Positions 1 to 13,279 of a DNA stretch of 64,000 nt are shown here, piece by piece. Numbering within the stretch: the first letter of the stretch is position 1; the number at the start of each line of letters is the position of its first letter. The notes beneath the pieces were generated by a model. The model ran no database searches. It was not told the origin of the DNA and saw nothing but the letters and a program-made list of their open reading frames with translations. The position numbers and the translations under genes are program-made. Source of the stretch: Eledone cirrhosa (Eukaryota); the NCBI GenBank assembly GCA_964016885.1, contig OZ024757.1:23436001-23500000 (forward strand), read 5' to 3'.

Positions 1-205
1 TACAGAAATTGGGTTAAGTACTGGCTTGATGAGCCTCCAGACTTGAGACAGACTTTAACCCTCTGATGGACTAGCAGCTTGTCCAGGGGGAGTCTTGTAC
101 TCTCCATCATTTCATGCCACGGACTGGGATAAGAACCAACCTGACTAACCTCAGGGATCATGACTTTAAACTTTTTGTTTTGTGAAGAAGACTTTATAGA
201 AGATA

Positions 206-563
206 CATCATCATCATCACCGTTTTACGTCCGTTCTTCCACGCTAGCATGGGTTAGACGGGTTGTCCTGTTGTGGGCAGTGTCTGGTCGGCTGACCATG
301 CCTTGCTCATACAGGAACTGATTTGGCTTGATTTCTACAGCTGGATGCCCTTCCTAACACCAACCTCATTTACAGTGAGTGCTGGGTGCTTTTTCGTGGC
401 GCCTACACGTCCACTTTACAGTGTGGGCTGGGTGCTTTTTTGCCGTGGCACCTCCACGACCACCTTGCGGTAGGGGTGTGGGGGCATATTGTCTATATGC
501 TTCAGCTTGTACCCATGGAAGGTCGGGTACTCTGTATTACTGCATGACGCCAGAGGTCACGGT
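206..563 (-). mobile_element. RTE-clade LINE 3' end (family RTE-a), 5'-truncated
   Basis: Reverse complement is nearly identical to ~37350-37718; has the GGTTGGTGTTAGGAAGGGCATCCAGC...CCCATGCTAGCGTGGAAGAACGGACGTAAAACGG 3'UTR and a (GAT)n tail. Confidence 0.85.
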
Positions 564-903
564 TGTGATTAAAGAATTGAATGGGTTGCGTCTTTAGAAG
601 CTAGAGTTGTAAGAACATATAACAAAATCCCTTGCTGTGCTTTTCCTGGCTTTATGTGTTTAGTTCTAATTCTAGTTGAGATCTTTGGTTTATATTCACT
701 TTTTGAATTTCCTGCCAATATGTTCCCTAACAATGGTCAGTTTTACCGACATCCTCCTTGAAAGACGTCACATATCCTTACAGCTCTGAAACTGCTACAC
801 ATGTGATGGCAGTCACTAGACTTGTAGGAGTCATTTGAACAACCTTCTCCATTCCAGGGAGATGATCACCTGCTGAGGACATGCATCCAGCACCAAGCTA
901 CAT

Positions 904-1286
904 AATTATTTCTACTTTTGGCACAAGGTGAGCAATTATCCCAGTGCATTACTGGTACTTTATTTTATCGACCCCGTAAGGATGAAAGGCAAAGTTAACT
1001 CTGGCGGAATTTGAACTCAGACCATAAAGGGCTGTAACTCTTTGCTGCAAAGCATGGTGCCCAACCCTCTACCGATACTGCCAATCCACTGCCCTAAAAT
1101 AATTGTTTCTACTTTTTGGCACAAGGCCAGCAATTACCCAGCGCATTACTGGTACTTTATTTTATCGACCCCGTAAGGATGAAAGGCAAAGTTAACCCCG
1201 GCGGGATTTGAACTCAGAATGGCAAGGGCCGTAACTCTATGTGTCAAAGCATGGCGTCCGACCCTCTACCGATACTGCCAATCCAG
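904..1286 (-). mobile_element. Two tandem copies of tRNA-derived SINE family A (~190 bp each)
   Basis: Minus strand has A-box TGGCAGTATCGG, B-box GTTCAAAT, central GCCTTTCATCCTTACGGGGTCGATAAAATAAAGTACCAG (Meta-domain-like, from memory) and tail GTAGAAACAATTATT. Confidence 0.9.
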
Positions 1287-1679
1287 CTACATAATGTCTG
1301 CAGATATTACCTAACTACTCTGAATACTGGTTGCAATTGGAACTATTCTTGAGAGACAAGAGCACAGAAACTGCTTAATGGTCCAGGTTTATATGATATA
1401 CAAATATCATTAGCCACACATAGTAGCTTATCTTACTGATTAACATATGTGTGCACGCTGAGTTATAGCTATGTATTTCTAACTAACAAACCTTGTAATA
1501 TCATTGAGTGATGGCAGAAGCTATACAGATTCTTTTCAACTAGCTTTGTAAACCAATCTTTATATATATATATGTATATATGTATATATATATATATGTA
1601 TGTATGTATATATATATATATGTATGTATGTGCATATATATGTGTGTGTGAGTGAATGTGTCTGCATACATTATTTATG

Positions 1680-1862
1680 ATTGGCAGTATCGGTAGAGGG
1701 TCGGACGCCATGCTTTGATGCATAGAGTTATGGCCCTTGCCATTCTGAGTTCAAATCCCACCGAGGTTAACTTTGCCTTTCATCCTTACGGGGTCGATAA
1801 AATAAAGTACCAGTAATACACTGGGTAATTGCTAGCCTTGTGCCAAAAGTAGAAACAATTAT
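1680..1862 (+). mobile_element. SINE family A
   Basis: Same A-box/B-box head, central domain and tail as the other copies. Confidence 0.9.
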
Positions 1863-2245
1863 TTATATATATATATATATTTATTAAAATAACAGATTAA
1901 AATTTAAGCAAAGAATCGCGGCTTTCACACTAACAGGATCTTCTGAAACTAAAAAAGTCAATCTGTGAACTCAGAAGTAAATATTTCAAAAATACATATT
2001 TATATACTTTACAATGCCAAAATCGTACCTATGGTATGAGATACCATTCTCTTTTGGCAGAATTGAAAGAGTACTTTTTTTCTTTAACAATTTATTGTCA
2101 TTAGCTTTACTGTATTTAAAATTCATTATTACATGTTATATATATATACACATGTTATATATACCTCTATATACTGTATATATATCACTCATATGGAAAC
2201 TTGCAGTATCAATGTAATATATATGGGCTTACTGTGTTAGACGAT

Positions 2246-2312
2246 CAACTTATGAACAAATCAACTAACCAATGGCCTCTTGGAATGTAACTTGTTCATA
2301 AGTTGGGGCCTG
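2246..2312. mobile_element. Small hairpin, possible pogo/Tigger-type MITE relic
   Basis: Perfect 14-bp inverted repeat CAACTTATGAACAA (2246-2259) / TTGTTCATAAGTTG (2292-2305). Confidence 0.4.
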
Positions 2313-2604
2313 TGTATATATATACATACACATTAGACATGTACCGCGTGGTTAAACCACTGGGAGTGAAGGGCTCCTAGCCTTTGTCAGGGTATTCTTC
2401 TAGGAGAAGGCAACTCAGGAAACTGGGATAACTCCGATATAAAACCTGCGGCTCAGTAGTTACCAATGATGTTGATCTTTTCTTCTTTTCGGGTTATAGC
2501 TACTGTCACTCAGAGAGTGGGATTGGCTCAGTGCACAGTCTTTCCTCACTTTAAAAAATATCTTCACGCACAGGCATTGCACGATAGAATTAATTAATAA
2601 TTAT

Positions 2605-2795
2605 TAATTGTTTCTACTTTTGGCACAAGGCCAGCAATTACCCAGTGTATTACTGGTACTTTATTTTATCGACCCCGTAAGGATGAAAGGCAAAGTTAAC
2701 CTCGGCGGGATTTGAACTCAGAATGGCAAGGGGCGTAACTCTATGCGTCAAAGCATGGCGTCCGACCCTCTACCGATACTGCCAATCCACCGCCC
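2605..2795 (-). mobile_element. SINE family A, full length
   Basis: Full consensus match; AATTAATAATTATTAAT occurs on both sides (TSD-like). Confidence 0.92.
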
Positions 2796-2986
2796 TTTTT
2801 AATAATTAATAATTATTAATAATGGTATATCATGCAATGGCTATACTCGATAACGAGGGGGCATCCATCATATATATACATACATGTATATATTTTTTTA
2901 ATAATTAATAATTATTAATAATGGTATATCATGCAATGGCTATACTCGATAACGAGGGGGCATCCATCATATATATACATACATGT
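2796..2986. repeat. 99-bp-offset tandem duplication
   Basis: 2796-2887 is repeated at 2895-2986. Confidence 0.9.
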
Positions 2987-3055
2987 GTGTGCATGGTGTG
3001 TGTATATGCATGCATTTGATATATATGTGCATGCTGTCCTCATCATTTAACATTA

Positions 3056-3388
3056 CATCATTTCATTTTACGTCCACTTTTCCCTGCTTGCAAGGGTGGG
3101 ACGGGAACTGATTCTCGCTTGATTTCTACAGCTGGATGCCCTTCCTAACACCAACCTCATTTACAGTGAGTGCTGGGTGTTTTTTTGCCGTGGCACCTCC
3201 ACGACCACTTTGCAGTGGAATGATAGGGACCCCAATCCCTATCATCTCATTTCTACAGCTGAGTAAACTCGAGCAATGTGAAATAAAGTGTCTTGCTCGA
3301 GGAAACAATACATCACCCGGTCTGAGAATTGAACTCACAACCTTTCGATTGCAAGGCCAATGCTCTAACCACTAAGCCATGTGCCTCC
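3056..3388 (-). mobile_element. tRNA-derived CORE-like SINE family B, short RTE tail
   Basis: Head TGGCTTAGTGGTTAGAGC...GTTCAATTC; CORE-like GAGCAAGACACTTTATTTCAC...CAGCTGTAGAAATGAG; RTE 3'UTR; ATG-repeat tail; head abuts (TA)n. Confidence 0.9.
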
Positions 3389-3876
3389 ACATATATATAT
3401 ATATATATATACATATATACATATATATATATACACACATACACTCACACATGCATGTGATTACATTACGAATTCTACAAGCAAAATATTGTAATTTTAC
3501 TTTGTCAGTATCAAACCGGATGGCGTCAAAGTACTGCAGACATAGTTTGCTGTAAGAGAAAGAGAAGAAACAATTTACATCCACCCTCCCACCCTTACAG
3601 ACCTCCCTTGCAAACCTATAAAACTGACCAATATATTTGTTCAGACATGCTGGACATTAGAATGTCAGCAAAGAGCAGAAGTGAGTGGTAGGGGGTCCCA
3701 TTGGTAGGAAGATGAGGTGAAAGAGAGAGAGAGAGGGGGGAAGAGAGGGGAGGGGGAAGAGAGGGAGGGGGAATATATTGAAATGGCATTGATCCTGCTG
3801 TTTATTGACCAGGCCTTTTGTTTGTAGTGGTCAGCAATATATTTTTGAAATGGCGTTGATCCTGCTATTGAAGTGT

Positions 3877-4168
3877 CTGAAATGAAATAATCCACTATAT
3901 GGTCACAACATATGCTAGAAAGAGTAGTCAAATCTCCCTACAAATCACTCTGAAATGAAATAATCTACTATATGGTCAAAACATATGCTAGAAAGAGTAG
4001 TCAAATCTCCCTATAAATCACTCTGAAATGAAATAATTCACTATATGGTCACAATATGCGCTAGAAAAAGTAGTCAAATCTCCCTACAAATCACTCTGAA
4101 ATGAAGTAATCCACAATTGCGTCACAGCACATGCTAGAAAAAACAGTCAAATCTTTCCACAAATCACA
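3877..4168 (+). repeat. 73-bp minisatellite, 4 copies
   Basis: CTGAAATGAA recurs at 3877, 3950, 4023, 4096. Confidence 0.9.
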
Positions 4169-4499
4169 CATTTCCACCTAAAAACAAGTGAACCAGTATA
4201 TATTTAGCCCCTGATAACACTGCATTTTGTTTCAAATGTTCTCCATTGACTTATATCACTAAACATGAGCTGGCTGCTCTCTATAGTAATGCAGTTACCA
4301 GTCTGTCTGCAGAGCACAACCAAATCACCTCACAGAAGGGGGTGTAGAGTATGTCACTATCCTCCTTTTCCTTTCTTTTATTGCTTAAATATCTTTTTTT
4401 TTCTTCTTTCCCTTTCCTTTTTTTTTTCATTTTATTTAGCCCTATTTATTTAACTCTATATTTCTATTAGATTTTCGTTGATAAAGGCTTTATCTCACA

Positions 4500-4659
4500 T
4501 AATTATCTTGCTTAATATTGAATCTATGAGATTTTGATGTTATTCATTTTGAGAACAATACCTTAACATAAGAATGAGTGGATAGTTATGGCCTGTTTGA
4601 ACAGAAAGAGGTGAGAGAATTCTGGCCGGATATGGCCAGTTTAAATGCTAAAGGGTTAA
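4500..4659 (-). mobile_element. TTAA-type (piggyBac-like) MITE end
   Basis: Ends in TTTAAATGCTAAAGGG|TTAA; homologous to 33421-33909 and 63906-64000. Confidence 0.7.
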
Positions 4660-4704
4660 ATATTAATATTATTTAATCGTAAATATTATTATCATATACG
4701 CTTA

Positions 4705-4896
4705 GGGCGGTGGATTGGCAGTATCGGTAGAGGGTCGGACGCCATGCTTTGACGCATAGAATTACGGCCCTTGCCATTCTGAGTTCAAATCCCGCCGAGG
4801 TTAATTTTGCTTTTCATCCTTATGGGGTCGATAAAATAAAGTACCAGTAATACACTGGGTAATTGCTGGCCTTGTGCCTAAAATAGAAACAATTAT
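4705..4896 (+). mobile_element. SINE family A, full length
   Basis: Consensus match from GGGCGGTGGATTGGCAGTATCGG to AGAAACAATTAT. Confidence 0.92.
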
Positions 4897-5100
4897 CATA
4901 TACACTTGAATATAAGCCAATAGAAATATAAGCCAACTGCACTATTTTATGTCTGAGAAATTGGCAAAAATGCAAACTTTATTTATGTAGAATTTGAAGT
5001 TGGTGAAAATCTCCAAAATATTAACCCCGAATATAAGCTGACCCCCTTCTACCATTTTTTTGGTTACATATTCTTCAGCTTATGTTCAAGTATATATGGT
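4896..5100. mobile_element. pogo/Tigger-like MITE
   Basis: Imperfect TIRs CATATACACTTGAATATAAGC / GCTTATGTTCAAGTATATATG; related copies near 22380-22414 and 50240-50480. Confidence 0.6.
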
Positions 5101-5217
5101 AAATATACTTGTTGCTTCTCACATGATGAATGGAGGAAGCCAGGCTAAGAAATGCGGGGAATCGGTGTGTAATGGAACTCAGAACAGACATTTACTGACA
5201 AACAGTTTAGTAGAGGT

Positions 5218-5433
5218 TATTATTAAAATAATAATATAATAATGAAATTATTGTGTAAAGTGCTCAGGTGCACTACAACTCGTCAATATAGTACATAGAA
5301 TAATACACAAATGCCAGGGAAGTACATGTTTGTATGTGTTAGCTGTAGTGTTGGCGGATCTCGGGAAGCATGGAGGCCTTAAAGGATGCAGTGTCTCGAC
5401 AGCTAACAACTGATGCAGGTAGTTATTATTCCA
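5218..5433 (-). mobile_element. CR1-type LINE 3' end
   Basis: Minus strand translates LPASVVSCRDTASFKASMLPEIRQHY, then 3'UTR and ATT-rich tail; paralog of 39826-40153. Confidence 0.8.
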
Positions 5434-7729
5434 TTTCTTTCCATCTTTCTTGTTCCTTCCTATCTATATATCTATCTGTCTATTTATCTATCTATCTATC
5501 TATCTGTCTATTTATCTATCTATCTATCTATCTATCTGTCGGTCTTTTATGTGTACTTTTTTTTTAAAAAACATTTCAACTATGAAACAGCTAAATATAT
5601 GTATGACAGCTGTATAACAAGGTGCAGGGTGCCAAAGTATACCAATATCACATGTAACCTTTTTGATGTCAAACTACATGAAACCACCCCTAGTTCTATC
5701 ATACCATGCTGTTTATTTTAATTTGTTGACTACTGACTACTGGTCTGTGTCCTCTTTCAGGCATTTTTACCCATCGCTGTCTTTGACATTTATCTGTTTT
5801 AATGGCTGGTTTAGCGATCAGCTTTCTCATTTTTATATGTATTCAATCAAATACAGTCTCACTTCGACTCGATCAGAAGCAACTTTATCAGAGCTAAGAT
5901 TAGCTTTCTATTTAGGACAGACACCCCAGCTTGAGGTCCACTATCCCATTCTTTTCTTTGTTTCCTTTCGTCTTTCTATCTGTGCTGTTTGTTTTATCAC
6001 ACACATCATACCAGCAGAAATATTTTTTTTTTTTTTTTTGCACAATCCAGCTTTTTAAAATGGTACTCTCAATTAAATTGTGCGAAACCATTTTGCTGAT
6101 TTGAGAGCTGGCGAGATAGAAGATGTGTGTGTTTAAACTTGTCTTGTACATCGCCTTTCTTTATTTCCTTCTTCCAATGACTTGTGTGTGCCAGTGCACT
6201 TCTTGTCCTCCTCCTCTTTCAATTTTTTTTAATATTTCATTTGCCTGTCACCCACCTCATGGATTGTCTCTCTGTTGACCACTGGCTACTAGTCTCTGAG
6301 GCATTTTTGCCCATTGCTGTCTTTGACAACATGTGACATCGGTATACATTATTCAACACGGAAGAAATTATTTTGCTTTTGTTTTTATTTTGTTTGTTTG
6401 TTTGTTTTTTTGCCAGTTTGCAGCCATCTACATTCTCACATATTTATACCTCCATATCATATCTTGTATATATATTTATATGTTACTATATTCAATTATA
6501 TAGTTACTGCACATCAAAGCATATATAATTACATATCAATTTTTACGATATCACAGACTGTTATTTAGCATGTATGTTAACTTTGATGACATAGCATGAA
6601 GTAAAACATTGATATTAAGTAATATAATATGGCTTTTATATGATTTATGTACTATAGCCTCTGTTGTATATAATTTGAATTTCAAAGGTATATTTACCTG
6701 TATTTTTTAATCCTTTTCTCTTTATAACATTGCTTAGCTTAGTATCTACTTTGCACTATATACATACATGATTACAGAAATTATACACATACATTAAAAT
6801 ATTTATTGATTTCCACACAGAGTTTGTCATTAATTTTTCTTTGATGATTGGTATTGATTTCTTGATTGAAAATTATAATAATAATATTGGCTAAATTGCT
6901 ATATCACTGATGAGTTGCTTGCTACATGGTAAAGTAACGATGATACATCCACATCCTACAGCACCATCACCCCCACCACACCACACCACACCACACCACA
7001 CCACACCACACCACAGCACACTTTATGCCATCCTTAACCTTGCTTCAACTCACAACCATCATCATCCCTACTCCCCCTCTATCCTCACACCACCACACCA
7101 CACTTAACTTTATGGCATTTATTGTATCCCATCCTTAACCTCACCCCCCCCCCCCCCCCTCCACCTTATCCTTCCACCACCACCACCACCACCACCACCA
7201 CGATCCTATTCTTTCATTGAATCATTGGTGCAAATAAATATCTGAGAGACTCGCTGGAGGCATTGGGAAATTATGCTGACGTAGTGAGAACTTTTGATAA
7301 CTAGATAGCTGCTCATCAAGATGTTTGAATCTGAATTAGTTCTTAATCGCTTCATACATCAAAATATCAATTGCTTTTTAACAAACCAATTTTCTGTCTT
7401 GATAAAGGGTCATGAGCCCGACAAAATAGCAGCTCTACTGGAACCCCCTTTTCACTTCTTTCAGCAGTCCATCTCCAACTTGATGTAAGTGAATTAAGAT
7501 AGAATCACGCTAGCAGAAATTTCACTTAGACGTTAGACGTGATTTCTGTCTGTGTAAAGCCTTAAAGATATCTTCATTTGGGATCTGATTGGTTTTAAAG
7601 GAAGTGAAAAGGGTTTCTTTTTCATATCTTATTTTTGTGAGGTTTGCCTTCTTGTAACAAATCTGAGATGACTCATCCCGTCTTTCTCAACCTTTCTTAT
7701 ACTTTCCTTTCCTGGCAAACATTTATTAC

Positions 7730-8155
7730 AACTGCTACTACTACTACTACTACTGCTGCTGCTATTACTACTACTAATATTATTATTACTACTACTATCC
7801 CTGCACTGTCCTGTACTGGCTTTAATGTTTTCTTAATGTTAGCCCTGAGTGGCTTATAATCATTACTACTACTACTATCACTGCTGCCATTACTACTACT
7901 ACTACTAATATTATTACTACCATTATTATTACTACTACTATTACTACTACTACTACTACTACTAATATTATTACTACTACTATTATTATTATTACTACTA
8001 TTATTATTACTACTACTACTACTACTACTACCTTTATTATTATTACTACTACTACTACTACTACTACCATTATTATTATTACTACTACTACTATTATTAT
8101 TACTACTACTACTAATATTATTACTACCATTATTATTATTATTATTATTATTATG
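7730..8155. repeat. (ACT)n/(ATT)n compound microsatellite
   Basis: Direct reading. Confidence 0.95.
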
Positions 8156-8345
8156 GTTTGTTTTATTTCATTCGATATATAATTCATTTTATGCTAGAAG
8201 GAAACTAACTCTGAAAACTTTCTTTTCACTCTGGAGTGAATCATCAGATGATAGCTACTCGGTGATTAGATCTGTCCCACTATAAACTGGGATGTCTCCC
8301 CGCTTACTACCTTCACCTCCTTCAACAGGTTTACTCTCTCACTCA

Positions 8346-8391
<46 letters not shown>

Positions 8392-8754
8392 CTATATTGA
8401 CAAATGAAGAAAACAGAAAGCTACCCGACCACATCAAACCAGATCGGACCAGACTTGCAATGCAGATCATTTATTAGAAATATCTAATATATATAATGAC
8501 TGGTGTGCCATACTGGCAGCACATTCCTATCATACACATGTTCCCAGATCAGTTTATTTTAGCCCCATCTCCCAACCTTGCCCTCTCTTCCTGCCACAAC
8601 CTTTACCTTTCTTTTTTTCAATAAAAGAGGAGAATATTGAGTTATTTTTCTGCTCCTTATGACTCAGAAGCTGCGTTACTTTTTGTCAATATATCCTCTG
8701 TAATTTTCAGTTGTAATAAAAATAGGTAAATAAAGATGTGAATCTGTTAGAGAC

Positions 8755-9530
8755 ATGATCATTGCTGAATCGTATTTAGAATATCCCCTCTAAATGGTTG
8801 ACATACTAGTGGAATATATGTAAGTGATCATTGCTGAATCATATTTAGAATATCCCCCCTAAATGGCTGAGAAACTGGTAGAATATATGTCAGTGTTTGG
8901 ATCAGGATTATCGCTGAGAAAATGGTTAAATATATCTAAGTGTTTAGTTCAGAATCATCTCTGAATCATAGTTAGATAAATACCCTCTAAATGGCCGAGA
9001 AACTGGGCAAATATATGTCGGTGTTTGAGTCCTGATTATCTCTGAATCATATTTAGAAGTATACCCCCTAAATGGCTGAGAAACTGGTCAAATATATGTC
9101 GGTGTTTGAGTCCTGATTATCTCTGAATCATATTTAGAAATATCCCCCCTAAATGACTGAGAAACTGGTCAAATATATGTAGATGTTTGAGTCCTGATTA
9201 TCTCTGAATCATATTTAGAAGTATCCCCCCTAAATGACTGAGAAACTGGTCAAATATATGTCGGTGTTTGAGTCCTGATTATCTCTGAATCATATTTAGA
9301 AGTATCCCCCCTAAATGGCTGAGAAACTGGTCAAATATATGTAGCTGTTTGAGTCCTGATTATCTCTGAATCATATTTAGAAGTATCCCCCCTAAATGGC
9401 TGAGAAACTGGTCAAATATATGTAGCTGTTTGAGTCCTGATTATCTCTGAATCATATTTAGAAGTATCCCCACTAAATGGCTGCAAAATTGGTGGAATAT
9501 ATATCGATGTTTGGGTCTTGATCATCTCCG
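8755..9530 (+). repeat. 81-bp minisatellite, ~9-10 copies with diverged edges
   Basis: CCTGATTATCTCTGAATC recurs at 9031, 9112, 9193 and onward. Confidence 0.92.
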
Positions 9531-9639
9531 GCTTCACTGTGATTTGAAACCAGAACATAGAGAGTTATAACAAACTGCTGTAATGCATTTCATCCATTGC
9601 ACTGCTGATTCTACCAATGCACTGTCCTAAACATAAGAT

Positions 9640-9955
9640 TAATAATGAGAAAGTTTGTTATATCACAAAGTCTTTCCAAATTCTTGATTATTTTCAAATT
9701 TATTTGAAAATATTTGGTAGTCTCATTCATTAGAAATATGGTAACAAAATGGTTAGAATGTTTACATTTATTTAAAAACCTTCCATCTTAATTTCATATT
9801 AGAACTTTTACTAAGTTATGTTCCACACATCAGCTTGATGATGAGATAATTTTTTATATTACTAAATTCCTTCAAATTATTGATTATTTTCAAAAATTAT
9901 TTGAAAATTATATGCAATATCTTTCATTAGAAATATGTAAATGAAATGGTAAAAG
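9640..9955 (-). mobile_element. Two decayed copies of an AT-rich non-autonomous DNA element (family C)
   Basis: Shared motifs TTTCATTAGAAATATGGTAAC and AAAAACCTTCCATC recur near 23040-23400, 31140-31390, 50920-51940 and 57540-57965. Confidence 0.6.
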
Positions 9956-10574
9956 GTTTACAGAGATTATCAAAGGAAGGTAAAATGGATGAAAAGAGAG
10001 GTAAAAGAGAGTTAAAAATTATGTAGAAATAGAATAATTGTTTCTACTTTTGGCAGCAAATGGAATAATTGTTTCTACTTTTGGCAGCAAATGGAATAAT
10101 TGTTTCTACTTTTGCCAGCAATTACCCAGTACATTACTGGTACTTTATTTTATCAATCCCGAAAGGATGAAAGGCAAAGTTAACCTCGGCAGGATTATAT
10201 TAAGAATTGGCCAGACATAAAATCACATGTATAAGGACAACACAAGAAAGATTAAGGCTGTTACTAAACAAGCTGAGAGCAAATGATGATGATGTATTAC
10301 AAGAGCTTTCAGCTTTACTAATTTTAAACAATATATATAAAACTATAACCCCTGATGGAGTCGTAGGGGTGCCATCCTGACATGAGGCAGTGTGTCCTTG
10401 GCATTATAAACCTGGAAGAGCCCGTCCTTCTCACAGCTAATTTCTTCCATAGAAGAAGATAGAGAGTAAGAGAGAGTTTTCCTCTTTGTTTCCTTGCCTT
10501 TTCTGAAAATTGTTCTGATGAGCTTTCCTCTTAATTGCCTCATCTTCATACCTTTAAACGGAGTACCAGATTGG

Positions 10575-10842
10575 CAACTAGACCTCATCCATTTACTGTT
10601 GAAGTTCCTATAGCAAATAGCAAATTCTATTCTGATAGTTCCTTCCCCTTGCACATCTCACCTATGGAATTCTCTTCCAGCTTCTTGCTTTCCTGACCAC
10701 TAACTAAAATTTCCAAACATTCAAAAGCATCATCAATCATCATCATCTGTCACTTTGCATTATGTTTTCTGTCTCTTCCTTCCCGCTTCTCAGTAATTCT
10801 TTACATTTCAGAGGCTTTATTGCATTGCTTAGAATGAGCTAT
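10575..10842 (+). mobile_element. Decayed CR1/L2-group LINE 3' end
   Basis: Frameshifted translation FYSDSSFP..TSHLWNSLPASCFPDH..TFKSIINH fits RT C-termini; tail GCTTTATTGC(A/C)TTGCTT recurs near 11330. Confidence 0.6.
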
Positions 10843-10846
10843 ATAT

Positions 10847-11188
10847 CATCATTTCATCATCATTTCATTTTACGTCCGCTATTTCCCTGCTAGCAAGGGT
10901 TGGACGGGAACTGATTCTGGCTTGATTTCTACAGCTGGATGCCCTTCCTAACACCAACCTCATTTACAGTGAGTGCTGGGTGCTTTTTTGCCGTGGCACC
11001 TCCACGACCACTTTGCAGTGGAATGATAGGGACCCCAGTCCCTATCATCTCATTTCTACAGCTGAGTAAACTGGAGCAATGTGAAATAAAGTGTCTTGCT
11101 CAAGGAAACAACACATCACCCGGTCTGAGAATTGAACTCACAACCTTTCGATTGCAAGGCCAATGCGCTGACCACTAAGCCATGTGCC

Positions 11189-11191
<3 letters not shown>
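10847..11191 (-). mobile_element. SINE family B, short RTE tail
   Basis: Near-identical to 3056-3388; head abuts (TA)n. Confidence 0.9.
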
Positions 11192-11222
<31 letters not shown>

Positions 11223-12091
11223 TTTATTATGGCGCTCACTCATCTGTCAACTACATAGGGATATATATATAAACTTGTGTCCTCTCTGCCTTGTCATTCT
11301 CCCTTCTTAGTAAGCCCTTTCATTTTAGAGGTTTTATTGCCTTGCTTGGAGTGAGAAGATAATTTTTTTTTTTAATTAAGGAGATATAGAGGTAGTATCA
11401 GCCCTTGCAACAGTGGAAGAATGAAAGGTAAAGTTGACCTTGGCAGGCTGTGAATGTTGAGAGCAGATAGCTGGAACACCCAGCACAAAGCATTCCATCC
11501 AATGTTCTAATGACTCTGCCAAAAATTGCTGCGTATTTCACATTATCTGTTCCAAATTGATTTATCTACTCCATCTTTCTAATCTGAGAGAAATTGTTAG
11601 GAAATACCCATATCATTTCTCTCTCTCTCTCTCTCTCTAATTCCCTCCCAGCCATCTTCCTCTCTCTCTAATTCTCTCCCGACCATCTCCCCCTCTCTCT
11701 CTCTATGATAAAAGAATAAAAAAAATCTTTAAAAATAAAAGATTTCTCACAAATGAAAAAAATATATATATACCACAAAGAGAGTGGGAGAATGGACATG
11801 TTTAGGTGTTCCAGAGAAAATAATGGTAGTTTATATTTTGGTCATTCCATTTCATACATGGAATAAATTATTTGGGGATTCTTCTCAATATTCAATTCTA
11901 TGAATATCAGCAAAGAAATTAAGGTGGTTAATATGAAATATTAAGTAGAAAACAAAAATTTCCCCTCTCATTCCACAAAAAAGATGAAAATATGTACATT
12001 CAACTATTTCTGTATATTCAGGTAGATCCCTTATCCAGGAATAGAAAGTAAATTAATTTAGATCAATTTTATCCATCAGATATCTGATCTG

Positions 12092-12146
<55 letters not shown>

Positions 12147-12443
12147 AATTGTAAATTTGTAGTATCGATGATAAATCAAACCCATTTATTACCCAAGAGA
12201 CATCAATGTTGGGTAGTTAATGTAGATATATGGGAGATCAATAATTTGGATCATATATTGATAGCTGCTATTATTTTTAGTGCTGTTGTTTGGCTGGATG
12301 AGCTGTGTGTATGTACTTGTGCATATGTGTGCATGTGTGTGTGTGTGCAGGATTAGAATATATTTATATAAGAATATAATACATAAATAAATATACAAGT
12401 AGAAACTATATATAACATATATATATATATATGATGATGATGA

Positions 12444-12490
<47 letters not shown>

Positions 12491-12682
12491 TCACATATAT
12501 ATACACACATATTTATATATATATATTATATATATATCTGTATATACACATATATATTTATATATATATATATGTATTATATATATATAATTAAAAGACT
12601 ATAATATTAAACATGTATTTGTGTGTATATATATATATGTGTGTGCGTGTGTGTGTGTGTGAAAGTGTGGGGTATCCAGTTT

Positions 12683-12735
<53 letters not shown>

Positions 12736-13279
12736 GATTGTTTTGTGTGTATAAAATGCATGTGTGCAATGATTAGTGCACTTCAATAGAGCAATGCAAA
12801 TCTAAAAATAGGAGATAAAAAAAAAGTTAATAAGCCAACATACTGAAATCCTATTGGATTATCCCATCACAATATGGTGAACTTTTGTTTGAAGAACTGA
12901 TAAAGGGTAAAAGGAGAAGGGGTTTCTACATGCTGGGCCACAACACAAAACATTAAATGACCTTTAGATTATAACAATAACAACAGCAACAACAATAACA
13001 GTACATACAATCCTTCAAGAGTACAATTATCAATAAAGTCACTCTGACATATCTCTTTCTCTAGACTCTGGGTCACAATGACACCTATTGTTAACCAGTT
13101 ATATAACTTAACTTTATCACATGTGGTTGAAGGTGTGTGTGTGTGTGTGTGTGTTTGTGTGTGACTGGATGTCTGTGTATGAGTGTGTGTGTTTGTGTGT
13201 GTGACTGGATATGTCTGTGATTGGATGTCTGTGTGTGTAATTTTGTGTGTATGATTGGATGTCTGTGAAAAATAAATGG

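Noticed and set aside
7391-7432. TTGATAA-AGGGTCATGAGCCC-GACA as a U3-A8 hammerhead
   Set aside because: GAAA is replaced by GACA and there is no convincing stem III or stem I closure.
8205-8252. Minus-strand CTGATGA-TTCACTCCAGAGTGAA-AAGAAA as a hammerhead
   Set aside because: The stem II register does not fit GAAA and stem I does not pair.
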